A stretch of 64,000 bases of DNA from a virus (IMGVR_UViG_3300020057_001229:24688-88687); one strand, 5' to 3'; positions 27,457 to 35,888 are shown, counted from the first letter of the stretch. Numbers and translations: made by a program. The notes: generated from the letters alone by a model not told the origin.

Positions 27457-27485
27457 TTGACGAGTTCTGTGAGAGCTGCTAGGAT
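27457..27485 (+). promoter_or_regulatory. sigma70-like promoter of the tRNA-Asn/Glu operon
   Basis: TTGACG-N17-TAGGAT. Confidence 0.75.
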
Positions 27486-27507
27486 TTGGGTAATGGGAGT
27501 TCACAAA

Positions 27508-27549
27508 ATGTTCCGTTCCGTAAATAACAATAATGAAGAAACAAGCTAG
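27508..27549 (+). promoter_or_regulatory. Asn(/Glu)-sensing leader peptide MFRSVNNNNEETS
   Basis: GGAG RBS; AAT AAC AAT AAT GAA GAA; alternative in-frame ATG at 27493. Confidence 0.85.
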
Positions 27550-27603
27550 GGTCGAAAGTCCTTTCTGGCTTACGACCCGTTTGGTAACCCAAGCGGGTTT
27601 TTT
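27549..27603 (+). terminator. Attenuator: overlapping antiterminator and intrinsic terminator
   Basis: GGGTCG(27549)/CGACCC(27573) competes with ACCCGTTTGG-TAAC-CCAAGCGGGT-TTTTT. Confidence 0.82.
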
Positions 27604-27620
27604 ATTTGTATCGAATTTAT

Positions 27621-27698
27621 TCCGGTGTGGGGGAAGTTGGTAATCCCGCCTCGCTGTTACCGAGGAGCATGTACGTTCGATCCGTACCACCGGAGCCA
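27621..27698 (+). tRNA. tRNA-Asn(GTT)
   Basis: TCCGGTG...CACCGGA-GCCA, loop CTGTTAC. Confidence 0.93.
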
Positions 27699-27946
27699 AC
27701 TTTTTTAAAGGACACCATGAGAACTTTGAACACGCATCCGAATTGTCCGCCGACTGTCAGCAAAAACTCTGACGGTACCTTTACTGCACACGACATCGGC
27801 GAGATGTTGGATTGGCTTGCGGGAAGTCATGGGGACAGCGGTGTCCTGAAAATGTTGGCTCCAATGAAAGCAGTTGATACAGGTCGAGTCAGTGGTGTTG
27901 AGCCTGATGTTAGCGTTAGTTTAGGAAGTTACGAAGTGTGTGTAGT

Positions 27947-28450
27947 TTAAGCAGTTTCTAGCCTTATTTCTTGGTGTATTTCACGGTGGCAGTTAGCGCA
28001 GACCATAACACATTTGTCTAATTCTTGTTTTGTACGTTCCCAAGATCTAGTGTGTCCTCCTTGAGAGGGATTGAAATCTTTCACGTTAGGGTCGAGATGG
28101 TGAAACTCAAGGGCGCTTACGCATTTACTGTAGCCGCAACGAGCACAGGAGCCTCCTTTATATGCAATAGATAGCTGCTTTAACTCTCGTCTTCTGTTCG
28201 TTACTTTGTCTTTACTGTTACAGTTTATCGAGCAGAAACGTGTTTGGGTTCCAGTTAGAGGTTTTTGGCATACGTGCCATGTGCAATAGTTTCCGTTAGG
28301 TAGAGGGTTGCGTTCGTTTAGTGAGCGGGTATTGTGTAAGCCAAAGGGCGAGCAAGTAAGACAAAATTTGCGGTTACACAAATTTCTTTTTTTACCGTCA
28401 ATTACAGTGTTTATTGAGAAATGTGTGTTGCACTTTAGACAAGTAGGCAT
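27947..28450 (-). CDS. HNH endonuclease with N-terminal zinc fingers
   Basis: YKGGSCARCGY...ALEFHHLDP...ELDKCVMVCANCHREIH. Confidence 0.88.
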   Translation of the reverse strand: MPTCLKCNTHFSINTVIDGKKRNLCNRKFCLTCSPFGLHNTRSLNERNPLPNGNYCTWHVCQKPLTGTQTRFCSINCNSKDKVTNRRRELKQLSIAYKGGSCARCGYSKCVSALEFHHLDPNVKDFNPSQGGHTRSWERTKQELDKCVMVCANCHREIHQEIRLETA

Positions 28451-28515
28451 AAGTGTTTTCCGTAGCTAAGAGTTGGGTAACCAAATGGTGTTACTTAATC
28501 TAAGCGACGGTCATG

Positions 28516-28603
28516 GGGAGAGTAGCCTATCGGCACGAGGCAGCGGCTTGTTAAGCCGCCAGTGGACGTAAGTCCGAAGTGGGTTCGATTCCCACCTCTC
28601 CCT
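28516..28603 (+). tRNA. Atypical tRNA with GTT (Asn) anticodon and long variable arm
   Basis: GGGAGAG/CTCTCCC acceptor, GCGGC-TTGTTAA-GCCGC, GGAC-GTAA-GTCC variable arm, TTCGATT; no encoded CCA. Confidence 0.8.
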
Positions 28604-28629
28604 CTTTTTTTCTATAAGGAATTTTCGAT

Positions 28630-28671
28630 ATGCTGTTTCGACTAGAAGAAGAACAAATTAATTCGGGCTGA
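28630..28671 (+). promoter_or_regulatory. Glu-sensing leader peptide MLFRLEEEQINSG
   Basis: AAGGA RBS; GAA GAA GAA; 3' end TCGGGC is complementary to the terminator 5' arm. Confidence 0.85.
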
Positions 28672-28698
28672 GAGAGTCGGTAACGACAACTCTTTTAT

Positions 28699-28725
28699 GC
28701 CCGATCTTTGGATCGGGCTTTTTTT
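28699..28725 (+). terminator. Attenuator terminator directly before the tRNA-Glu genes
   Basis: GCCCGATC-TTTG-GATCGGGC-TTTTTTT. Confidence 0.88.
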
Positions 28726-28729
28726 ATGT

Positions 28730-28804
28730 GGCGTGCTCGTCTAGTGGTTAGGACGCTTGGTTCTCAGCCAGGAAAGAGGGGTTCAATTCCCCTGCACGCC
28801 TCCA
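28730..28804 (+). tRNA. tRNA-Glu(CTC)
   Basis: GGCGTGC...GCACGCC-TCCA, loop TTCTCAG. Confidence 0.92.
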
Positions 28805-28809
28805 AGTTC

Positions 28810-28883
28810 GGCGCATTCGTCTATTGGTAGGATTTCAGAATTTCAATCTGAAGAAAGGGGTTCAATTCCCCTATGCGTCACCA
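28810..28883 (+). tRNA. tRNA-Glu(TTC)
   Basis: GGCGCAT...ATGCGTC-ACCA, loop ATTTCAA. Confidence 0.92.
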
Positions 28884-28937
28884 CTTTACACATTAAAGAT
28901 TCAGTGTCAGCCCAGCACCCGCAAGGAGCTTTGACGC

Positions 28938-29693
28938 ATGAATCGCACTCTCTCCGGTTGGTTATCTGCTCACGAAGCGATATGTCCTTCGTGGAGAGAG
29001 TTTGTGCATCACGACCTACCCTTCGATCACTTAGCACTTAGAACCTTTGCTCACTACGGCGTCGGACAAGACCTCGGTCTAGATGCTCTCAGCTCCATGA
29101 TCTGCCAAGACATGGGTTACAAAGTAGCAGCCGAGTACAACCTAACTGAAAAAAAGGTACGAGCTTACTACCTCGAACGTCAAGACTACCCCAAGATCTT
29201 TATCAGCGAGCTTCTTTGGAGGGAGTTCACTGAAGATGTCCAAAAGGTTTTAGAACGTGTTTTGTCCCACAATGCACCTGTAAGGCTTGCGCCGTGGCTC
29301 TTCAAAGGAACTAGACCTTGGATCAACGCAAGTAAAGAGGACTACGACGCGGTAGCTAAGGAGTCTAGCTACGGCGCTTGGCTGATTGCTTGGGGTTATG
29401 TCGCCAACCACTTCGCCGTTCACCTCAGCATGGACAAGTCGATAGCTCTCTGCAAAAGTCTCAACTTGTCGATGAATGGTGACGGCAAAGTGCAAGGCTC
29501 TAAGAGTGTAGGTTTAGAACAGTGCTCCACGAAGGCGGATCAAATTGTCCACCCACTCTTCGGAGCCTATCTCGACGGCGGCTTCGTTGAGTTCGTTCAG
29601 CGTTGGCAAGACCCCCAAGATCCATTCAAGCTCTACTCCGGCTTCGTAGAGAAGTCGGCAAGCAAAGTCATGGAGTCTACGGGGGAGCGTTGA
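28938..29693 (+). CDS. DUF1338-family (2-oxoadipate dioxygenase/decarboxylase-like, VOC fold) protein
   Basis: DHLALRT, PKIFISEL, S.YGAW, NHF, LEQ.ST.AD, FVEF..R, GF...A..VMEST. Confidence 0.8.
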   Translation: MNRTLSGWLSAHEAICPSWREFVHHDLPFDHLALRTFAHYGVGQDLGLDALSSMICQDMGYKVAAEYNLTEKKVRAYYLERQDYPKIFISELLWREFTEDVQKVLERVLSHNAPVRLAPWLFKGTRPWINASKEDYDAVAKESSYGAWLIAWGYVANHFAVHLSMDKSIALCKSLNLSMNGDGKVQGSKSVGLEQCSTKADQIVHPLFGAYLDGGFVEFVQRWQDPQDPFKLYSGFVEKSASKVMESTGER

Positions 29694-29821
29694 AAAAAGC
29701 TCCCGGTCGATCTCGTCACATTCCCTGTTTATCTCCTGAGTTACGGTCCAATACTCTAAAAGATCTTCGATCACAATTCCCATAAAAAAGCCCCCCTTGG
29801 TAAAGAGAGGCTTTTAGTAGT

Positions 29822-30190
29822 TTACGGCGGCAGATGTCGAGCGACATCAAAGGTCCGCCACGGACATCCGTGAGCTTTAAACCATGACACTAGCTCCGCA
29901 CGCTCGCTGTCGGACGGCTGCGTAGGAAACCTAGAAGGGGGCATCTTTTTCTCTTCGGCTTCGTGAGCAGCTTTGCGAGCAAACGCTGCGGCGTGCTCCG
30001 TCGTGTCGAGGACGACGTTTGCCTTCGGTTCGGGACCGCTATGACATCTAGCACAGTAGGTGGTCAGAAGCTCTTGAGCCCTTGCGTCAGTAACCGCAGC
30101 AGGTGCAGGAGTGTCGTCGTGGTTAGACCCTTTGTCGTCACCACAGCCAGTCAGAAGCAGTGCAAGAGCAAGGCTTGAACGTAATAGTAT
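29822..30190 (-). CDS. c-type cytochrome lipoprotein with ATA start (missing from the ORF track)
   Basis: Lipobox LLTGC, haem motif CARCH, distal MPP and W; G-rich RBS before ATA. Confidence 0.75.
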   Translation of the reverse strand: MLLRSSLALALLLTGCGDDKGSNHDDTPAPAAVTDARAQELLTTYCARCHSGPEPKANVVLDTTEHAAAFARKAAHEAEEKKMPPSRFPTQPSDSERAELVSWFKAHGCPWRTFDVARHLPP

Positions 30191-30274
30191 GGAAATCCCC
30201 CCAATCTAAATTTATAGACAATCGGTTGATTGTAGAGCCCAAAGGTATGGCTATCAAGCTGTCATAATGGCGGG

Positions 30275-30547
30275 TTAAAAACCGCTCACGAGGACGCCGT
30301 TATTTATGTTGAGGAAGTCGAAGAGTTCTGAGTAGGGATAATACCATTCTCTAGTCCCTTCCACTCGGTACTCTTTTAAGTGCTCGTGGTAGAAACGCTC
30401 GTCTTCGATATCACCGTTGTCGATGCGTAAGACTAAAAGTTGCTGCGGGAGGGTAGCTGCGAGGACGGCTATGCGTTTATCAGCATCTTTACTAAAGCCG
30501 ATTTTAACACGGTGAGGTGCCTCTTTTTCTTGAATCACGTAGACCAT
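30275..30547 (-). CDS. GIY-YIG / T5orf172-like protein
   Basis: VYVIQ...VKIGFS...E..H......REWY. Confidence 0.8.
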   Translation of the reverse strand: MVYVIQEKEAPHRVKIGFSKDADKRIAVLAATLPQQLLVLRIDNGDIEDERFYHEHLKEYRVEGTREWYYPYSELFDFLNINNGVLVSGF

Positions 30548-30691
30548 GACTCAAGTCTATCTGGTATTGAATACCAGTACAACTGGGTTTCTTAATTGTC
30601 GTGTTCGCTATTTTGGTGCCCACACTTGTTACAGGTCTCACCTTTGACTAGAAGTCGGTAAAACCAAACACCGATACCTGCACCAACTATA

Positions 30692-30739
30692 TTGACATCC
30701 TCCCCACGGCTAAAGCAGGGGGTTTTACGCTGAGTTTCG
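30692..30739 (-). mobile_element. 48-bp miniature IS200/IS605-type element
   Basis: TTTAT target, palindrome CCCCCTGCTTTAGCCGTGGGG, ends GAGGATGTCAA; near-identical to 59584-59631. Confidence 0.75.
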
Positions 30740-30844
30740 ATAAAAAAGCCGCTTAAGGCGGCTTCTTTTGTAGAGCTTCTTGCTCTCGACTATTTTGATG
30801 GGCACTCATAGCACTCTGTTGTCGGAGCCTTCCTCGGTTTGTAC

Positions 30845-31201
30845 TTAGGGTGTTTTTCGCAACGGTTCATAGACTCTTTTTCCCATGAAGTAGCTCGGCT
30901 GCAAATCGTCGTAAAACAAGTAGGGCTTGTTGACAACGATGTCAACGTAATCTTGTAACTCTAAAGCCCTCACCACCTTCTCTGCCCACTGACTACCACC
31001 CTGCGACCAAACGACAATTACATACTCATCAAGCTCCTTGTGATCTTTGAGAAGTGCGATGTGGTTCGTTGCTTTGAGAAATCTAGTGCCGTCTACGGTG
31101 ACGATATCTCTTTCAGGAGTGTCGTCTTGGATACGGTCGTACAAGATGAGCGTGTCGTCGATATCAAAAAAAATAGTTGGCTTATCTGGTAGAACATTCA
31201 T
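30845..31201 (-). CDS. HAD-like phosphatase
   Basis: FFDIDDTL, VWSQGG, KP...YDD. Confidence 0.8.
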   Translation of the reverse strand: MNVLPDKPTIFFDIDDTLILYDRIQDDTPERDIVTVDGTRFLKATNHIALLKDHKELDEYVIVVWSQGGSQWAEKVVRALELQDYVDIVVNKPYLFYDDLQPSYFMGKRVYEPLRKTP

Positions 31202-31522
31202 ACTGGTGATTGTAGGGTAACCCCGAGGTTTTTACACCTCGCTTTTCGCCGTAGGGAACAAAAAGAACAAGCCCATCCTAGGCAAGCTGGGAACTCGGTT
31301 TAAAGTGAGGCAATCGTGAAGAAGACAGCCAGTAAGCAAAGCACCACGAGACGTGTCAAGGACATCTATACACCCTCTACAAAATTTGCAGCCCAACCTT
31401 TAGTAAACTTGAAAGATGCTCTTGCAATTAATCTTTGCTAAATAATCCCGTATCAATACATAAGTTTTAACAATGGCTGGTAACATTCCCGCTTATGTGT
31501 AGCCCAGCTAAAGGTTTAGAAA

Positions 31523-32818
31523 ATGATCGACTTACATGCCTTAATCACTGATCAAATAGCCGAATTGAAAGGCAACCAGTTCTTTCATGGTGGTTTCATA
31601 CTCGGCGTGTTGGGTGCGATAGCGGCGATCTTTAGGCAAGTTCCACATAAGATCTGGGGTCTTTTTCTCCGCTACATTCTGACGACGGTGGAGTTTACGA
31701 GTCAGGACGATTTCTATGTATGGTTCAGTCTTTGGTTGAACAAGCAAACGTTCATCAAAGACAAAAACCGTCTACGCATTCAAACCAAAGTGCATCGTGA
31801 CGGCGACCACGGTCCACGCTTTGGGGGAGGAGCCGACCAACAGCGAAAGATCGACGTGATTTACACTTTAGGCAACGGCACCCACATCGTCCGCTTCGGC
31901 TCTCTGTTTATGCGTGCGACGAAAGAGAAAGAGCCGCAGACGCAGGGTTCCGCCCACGGCAATATGGCGGCACGAGACATGTTCGTACTCACCATCTTAA
32001 GCTTCCAACGCCGCAGACTAGAACGACTTATTACGTCTATCAGTGACGAGTTCCAGAAAGAGCACACCAACAAAACCACCATTTTGCACTTCAACGTAGG
32101 CTACGACGAGTGGGTGCCGTTGTCGGTGCAGTCCAAGCGGGACATTTCGTGCGTCGTCCTCAAAGAAGGTCAGATGGAAGAAATTTTAATTGACTACGAA
32201 AACTTTCAAAAGGACAAACCGCTTTATGATTCTTTAGGCATCCCCTACCAAAGGGGTTACCTCTTGCAGGGACCGCCAGGTACAGGCAAGACGAGCTTGA
32301 TCTTTGCCTTTGCGAGCTACTACGACTTAGCCGTATGTACGTTGAGCCTCAGTGACTTCGAATCTGACCGTCAGTTTCAAAAAGCGGTCATGGGTATGCC
32401 GGACAAAGCAGCACTCGTCATCGAAGACATCGACTCGTTCTTCAAAGGTAGAGAAACCGTCTCTGAGAAGCCTGCGTTTTTATCGTTCTCAGGCTTGTTG
32501 AATGCCCTCGGCGGACTCGCCGTCAAAGAGGGTAGGGTTCTCTTCGTTACCACCAACAAGCCTGAAGACATCGACCCTGCGTTGACTAGAGCAGGTCGTC
32601 TAGATAAGAGCTTCCTATTGTCCTACGCCGATGCCTACCAAGTCCGCCGTTTGTTCCTGCAAGTCTTTCCAAATGCCGTAAGCCAAGCAGATTCATTTGC
32701 TGAGACGGTCGCCGAGATGAACCTGTCCCCGGCTAAACTTGTGGACTACCTTTTCACAAACAAAAGCAGTCTCTCGGACACACTCCGACTTACGCATAGG
32801 CTCAGCGCTGGAGGATAA
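31523..32818 (+). CDS. BCS1-like AAA+ ATPase
   Basis: N-terminal TM, GIPYQRGYLLQGPPGTGKTS, IEDID, SGLLNAL, TTN, DPALTRAGR. Confidence 0.9.
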   Translation: MIDLHALITDQIAELKGNQFFHGGFILGVLGAIAAIFRQVPHKIWGLFLRYILTTVEFTSQDDFYVWFSLWLNKQTFIKDKNRLRIQTKVHRDGDHGPRFGGGADQQRKIDVIYTLGNGTHIVRFGSLFMRATKEKEPQTQGSAHGNMAARDMFVLTILSFQRRRLERLITSISDEFQKEHTNKTTILHFNVGYDEWVPLSVQSKRDISCVVLKEGQMEEILIDYENFQKDKPLYDSLGIPYQRGYLLQGPPGTGKTSLIFAFASYYDLAVCTLSLSDFESDRQFQKAVMGMPDKAALVIEDIDSFFKGRETVSEKPAFLSFSGLLNALGGLAVKEGRVLFVTTNKPEDIDPALTRAGRLDKSFLLSYADAYQVRRLFLQVFPNAVSQADSFAETVAEMNLSPAKLVDYLFTNKSSLSDTLRLTHRLSAGG

Positions 32819-32841
32819 CGACAACATCGGCGACACCTACT

Positions 32842-33954
32842 TTAAAGGGCTTCCAGAAGTCTTGAAGCATTGTCGTGACATGTTGTAGCTCGTTCGCTGC
32901 AACTACCGCTATCCGGTTCTGGGAGTCGGGGTGGTTGGTGAGGGAGTAACTTACATGGTACATAATCATGCGTGATGCCCTTGCGCTGAGCTGCGAGTAG
33001 AGCCCGCTTTCGGCGACCTCTCTCGCACTCGAAGTTCCTGTTCAACATATAGTACATTTTACGGTAGTGCTTTTCGCACATCCCCTTACAGTGCCCTAGC
33101 TCTGTACAGTTTTCAACTCTACACTCCGTCTTGTTGTGCCGTTTTACGACAACTTCCTTTCCAAGACGTTGCCGTGTGTAGTGATTCTTACACATAAGCA
33201 GAGCATGTGCAGGCTGCTTGCACTTGAAGACCGAACAGGTTTTGCCGACGTTGTAGTTGGCGATCTTTCTAAGTGGGACGCCACGGTCATCTATGAAGCC
33301 CATCTCCCACTGCTTGTAGTGGCGAACGCAGAAGCATCGTGACTTCGGTCGCATCTTACACCCACGAGCACGGCACTGCTCGTTAGCGCCGTATGTTTTA
33401 CGGTTGCGTCGAAGCTCGCCGCCGTCGTTGTCGATCAAGCCGTAGCGGTGTTCTTGTTGGTAGTGTTTGTGGCACAGTCCCCGGAGGAGGTCACCACCTG
33501 CTGTACAAAGGCGACAGGTTTTCAGTGTGTGGCTTTTACCTTCCCGCTTTTCTCCTAGATGGATCTTGCAGAGCTTCTCGTCAACGCTGCGGTATTGGCA
33601 GTTGAGGACGTAGCAGAAGGCACGACCCTTCTGCCTCGGCTGGCGTATGATTTTCCCTTCGAGGTCACAGTCACCCTTCAAGAACCAATTGTAGTGACGT
33701 TTGCAAAAGCGACCGCCATGTATCAGCGGCTTGTATTCTTTGCAGCCCTCGATAAGACATTTTCTTTTACGCAATTCTTCGTCTAAGACGACGGCGTAAA
33801 TCTCGGTGCGTAAGCCGTCTTCCGTGATGTGGTTTTCCTTGAACTTGCGGTAGTGATAGCCGCAAAACCTTTTGGCGTAGAACGCCTTACCGCAATGTTC
33901 GAAAATGCAAGTCGGCTTTCCAACAGCAACAACAGCCTCAACCAACATCCGCAC
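32842..33954 (-). CDS. Multi-zinc-finger repeat protein
   Basis: Several C-x4-C...C-x2-H(Y) repeats. Confidence 0.7.
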   Translation of the reverse strand: MRMLVEAVVAVGKPTCIFEHCGKAFYAKRFCGYHYRKFKENHITEDGLRTEIYAVVLDEELRKRKCLIEGCKEYKPLIHGGRFCKRHYNWFLKGDCDLEGKIIRQPRQKGRAFCYVLNCQYRSVDEKLCKIHLGEKREGKSHTLKTCRLCTAGGDLLRGLCHKHYQQEHRYGLIDNDGGELRRNRKTYGANEQCRARGCKMRPKSRCFCVRHYKQWEMGFIDDRGVPLRKIANYNVGKTCSVFKCKQPAHALLMCKNHYTRQRLGKEVVVKRHNKTECRVENCTELGHCKGMCEKHYRKMYYMLNRNFECERGRRKRALLAAQRKGITHDYVPCKLLPHQPPRLPEPDSGSCSERATTCHDNASRLLEAL

Positions 33955-34221
33955 GTCTCCATCGCTTCACGTACAAACCAGGATTCCTCCGCTCGAAGGA
34001 AGCAAAGAGCTTCTCTTTCGTGGAGAGAACGGTGCCTAAGTAGCAACCATTTTTTAGGGTGCGATTTGTCCAGCCCGCAGAGCAGCTCCGATCACCGTAG
34101 CGACCGCGAACGCAGTAAATGCATGGTACAAATTTTATATAGTTGGAATTAGCTTCCCGCACTTTATTTTCCGAATCCGCAAAAAGTCTTGAAATTTGAT
34201 TGGCGGATAACTCAAGAGAAG

Positions 34222-34365
34222 AGTGAGTCGGTCCAAGATGCCAATGCGTATTTTCCGTGCTCTACCAACTGAGCTACCTCCCGGTAAAGTCGGGAGGGTT
34301 GGACTTGAACCAACGACAGCGGGCTTTAATAGCGTGTAAGCACTGACTGAGGGGACCGACTCACT
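34222..34365 (-). ncRNA. Circularly permuted tRNA-like RNA (YrlA/Y-RNA-like), copy 2
   Basis: 13-bp terminal stem AGTGAGTCGGTCC/GGACCGACTCACT; T arm, looped acceptor stem, then D arm; TTGCGT-N17-TACCAT promoter upstream. Confidence 0.85.
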
Positions 34366-34408
34366 GGTGTATGGTAGATGAGACTGGATACTGACGCAAG
34401 CGTAAAAT

Positions 34409-34888
34409 TTGAGTGGACATGTTCTTGCAGTCGCCTCGACGACAACCAATCATGGAAGATGTATAAAAAAAGCGCAGGAGGCACCTTTGCGTATTTTAAC
34501 AGTAGACGATAGCCATGACAGTGTAGTCCTTCTAGCGAAGGTGTTAGGCGACCATAACGTCATCTATTGCACGACGGAGCAAGAGATCCATGACGAGCTA
34601 AAAAGGTTTAAACCCGAGTTGATTATTTTTGACTACTTGATACATGAGACGAACGCAATAGAGATTTACGACAGGCTTTCCGAACAAATGGAGCTGCCGA
34701 CCTGCTTTTGCGTCTCGGGCTACTCCCCGAAGAATCTAGGGCTTTGCCTTGCCGCCACGCCGTTCTCGGCTTGGTTTCAGAAGCCTTTTAATTGGCGGGA
34801 TCTCAGGGAGGCGATCACTCGATTGGAACTTGGAGTATTCGCAGAGGGGACTTTTTCAGCTTCTCAATCAGCATCCTCAGCGTTCTGA
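34409..34888 (+). CDS. Single-domain response regulator (REC)
   Basis: ILTVDD, PELIIFD, VSGY, FQKP; true start probably near LRILTV. Confidence 0.8.
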   Translation: MSGHVLAVASTTTNHGRCIKKAQEAPLRILTVDDSHDSVVLLAKVLGDHNVIYCTTEQEIHDELKRFKPELIIFDYLIHETNAIEIYDRLSEQMELPTCFCVSGYSPKNLGLCLAATPFSAWFQKPFNWRDLREAITRLELGVFAEGTFSASQSASSAF

Positions 34889-35513
34889 CTTCTTCTACCA
34901 AAGACGGCACCCAAGAGGCAGCGTTGCGAGCAAATTCGTCTACGGCGTATTGCTCGCTTTTGGTATAGCCGCCGAGGCAAGTTCCGGCGTGTTCGGCAAT
35001 TTCCTGCATATGGACTAAAAACGATTCAGTTAAAAGATGTTGGTTTGTTTTAGTCACCGACGACATACCTTTTGTTTTGCAGGGCTCTGTACTCTTCGTG
35101 ATCTACATGCCCATTTTCTGTCATGTAGCCCCAAGGAAAGCGACTCTTTCCCACAAAGCAAAGACCCCACACTTCGTCCGACAGGAGGCGAAGCTTGTGG
35201 TATTGGGTCGTCGGCATCCAAAAGCATGACAGAAAACTGTTGCACCGCAAGCCGTCGTCGTAAGCACCACGTAAGATCAATCCGACAAAGTTCCAGGGGT
35301 GGTTATGGGGAGGATGTCAACACTTTCTAATAGATGAAGCAGATAGACATCGCCCCAAGGAGTCGATAGCAGTAGCCAACGACGAAAATGTAAGGCACTA
35401 GCATTAGTGCAGATCTCTCTTAGCATTTTCATAAACTGCTTACCAACTTAAGTACCACCCCAATGATCTACTGAAACGGGTATCTTACGGCGTCCAAGCT
35501 GAGGGTTCCCTAA

Positions 35514-35873
35514 TTAGCTCTTTCGCCAATAAAAGTTGGTATCTAAGGCGCTGCCGCTTAGCGTAGTTTGCGTACAAAGCCATTCGTCATCAGCTTCGAT
35601 CATAATTTTAAGAACCATGAGACCGAGTAAAAAAGCGGCAGTAGGCTCGTCTTCAGCGATGTCGTAGACGTAGATGAGGGGTGTGTTCCACTCCTTAGGA
35701 ACAAGGCTGCCTATGGCAAATTTGGTCTCGCCTTTGAGCCGTGCTTGGAGGTGCGAGCAAACTTTTCCGTAGGCACCTGGGGGAAACATCGAAATCCAAC
35801 GATCAAAGTTCCGACCAAAAGGGATAGTTTTAAGCTCGCAAAAGCCCCCGCTTTCGCCTATCGTACTCAACAT
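35514..35873 (-). CDS. Hypothetical protein
   Basis: GGAG RBS, 119 aa. Confidence 0.6.
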   Translation of the reverse strand: MLSTIGESGGFCELKTIPFGRNFDRWISMFPPGAYGKVCSHLQARLKGETKFAIGSLVPKEWNTPLIYVYDIAEDEPTAAFLLGLMVLKIMIEADDEWLCTQTTLSGSALDTNFYWRKS

Positions 35874-35888
35874 TAGCCACTCCGTTTA

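Noticed and set aside
27457-27620. T-box riboswitch as the tRNA sensor
   Set aside because: No T-box consensus (AAGGTGGxACC) or stem I; the leader is short and holds a translatable uORF instead.
34222-34365. Ochre suppressor tRNA or alternative genetic code
   Set aside because: The RNA is permuted and lacks U33; conserved genes end normally at TAA, TAG and TGA.
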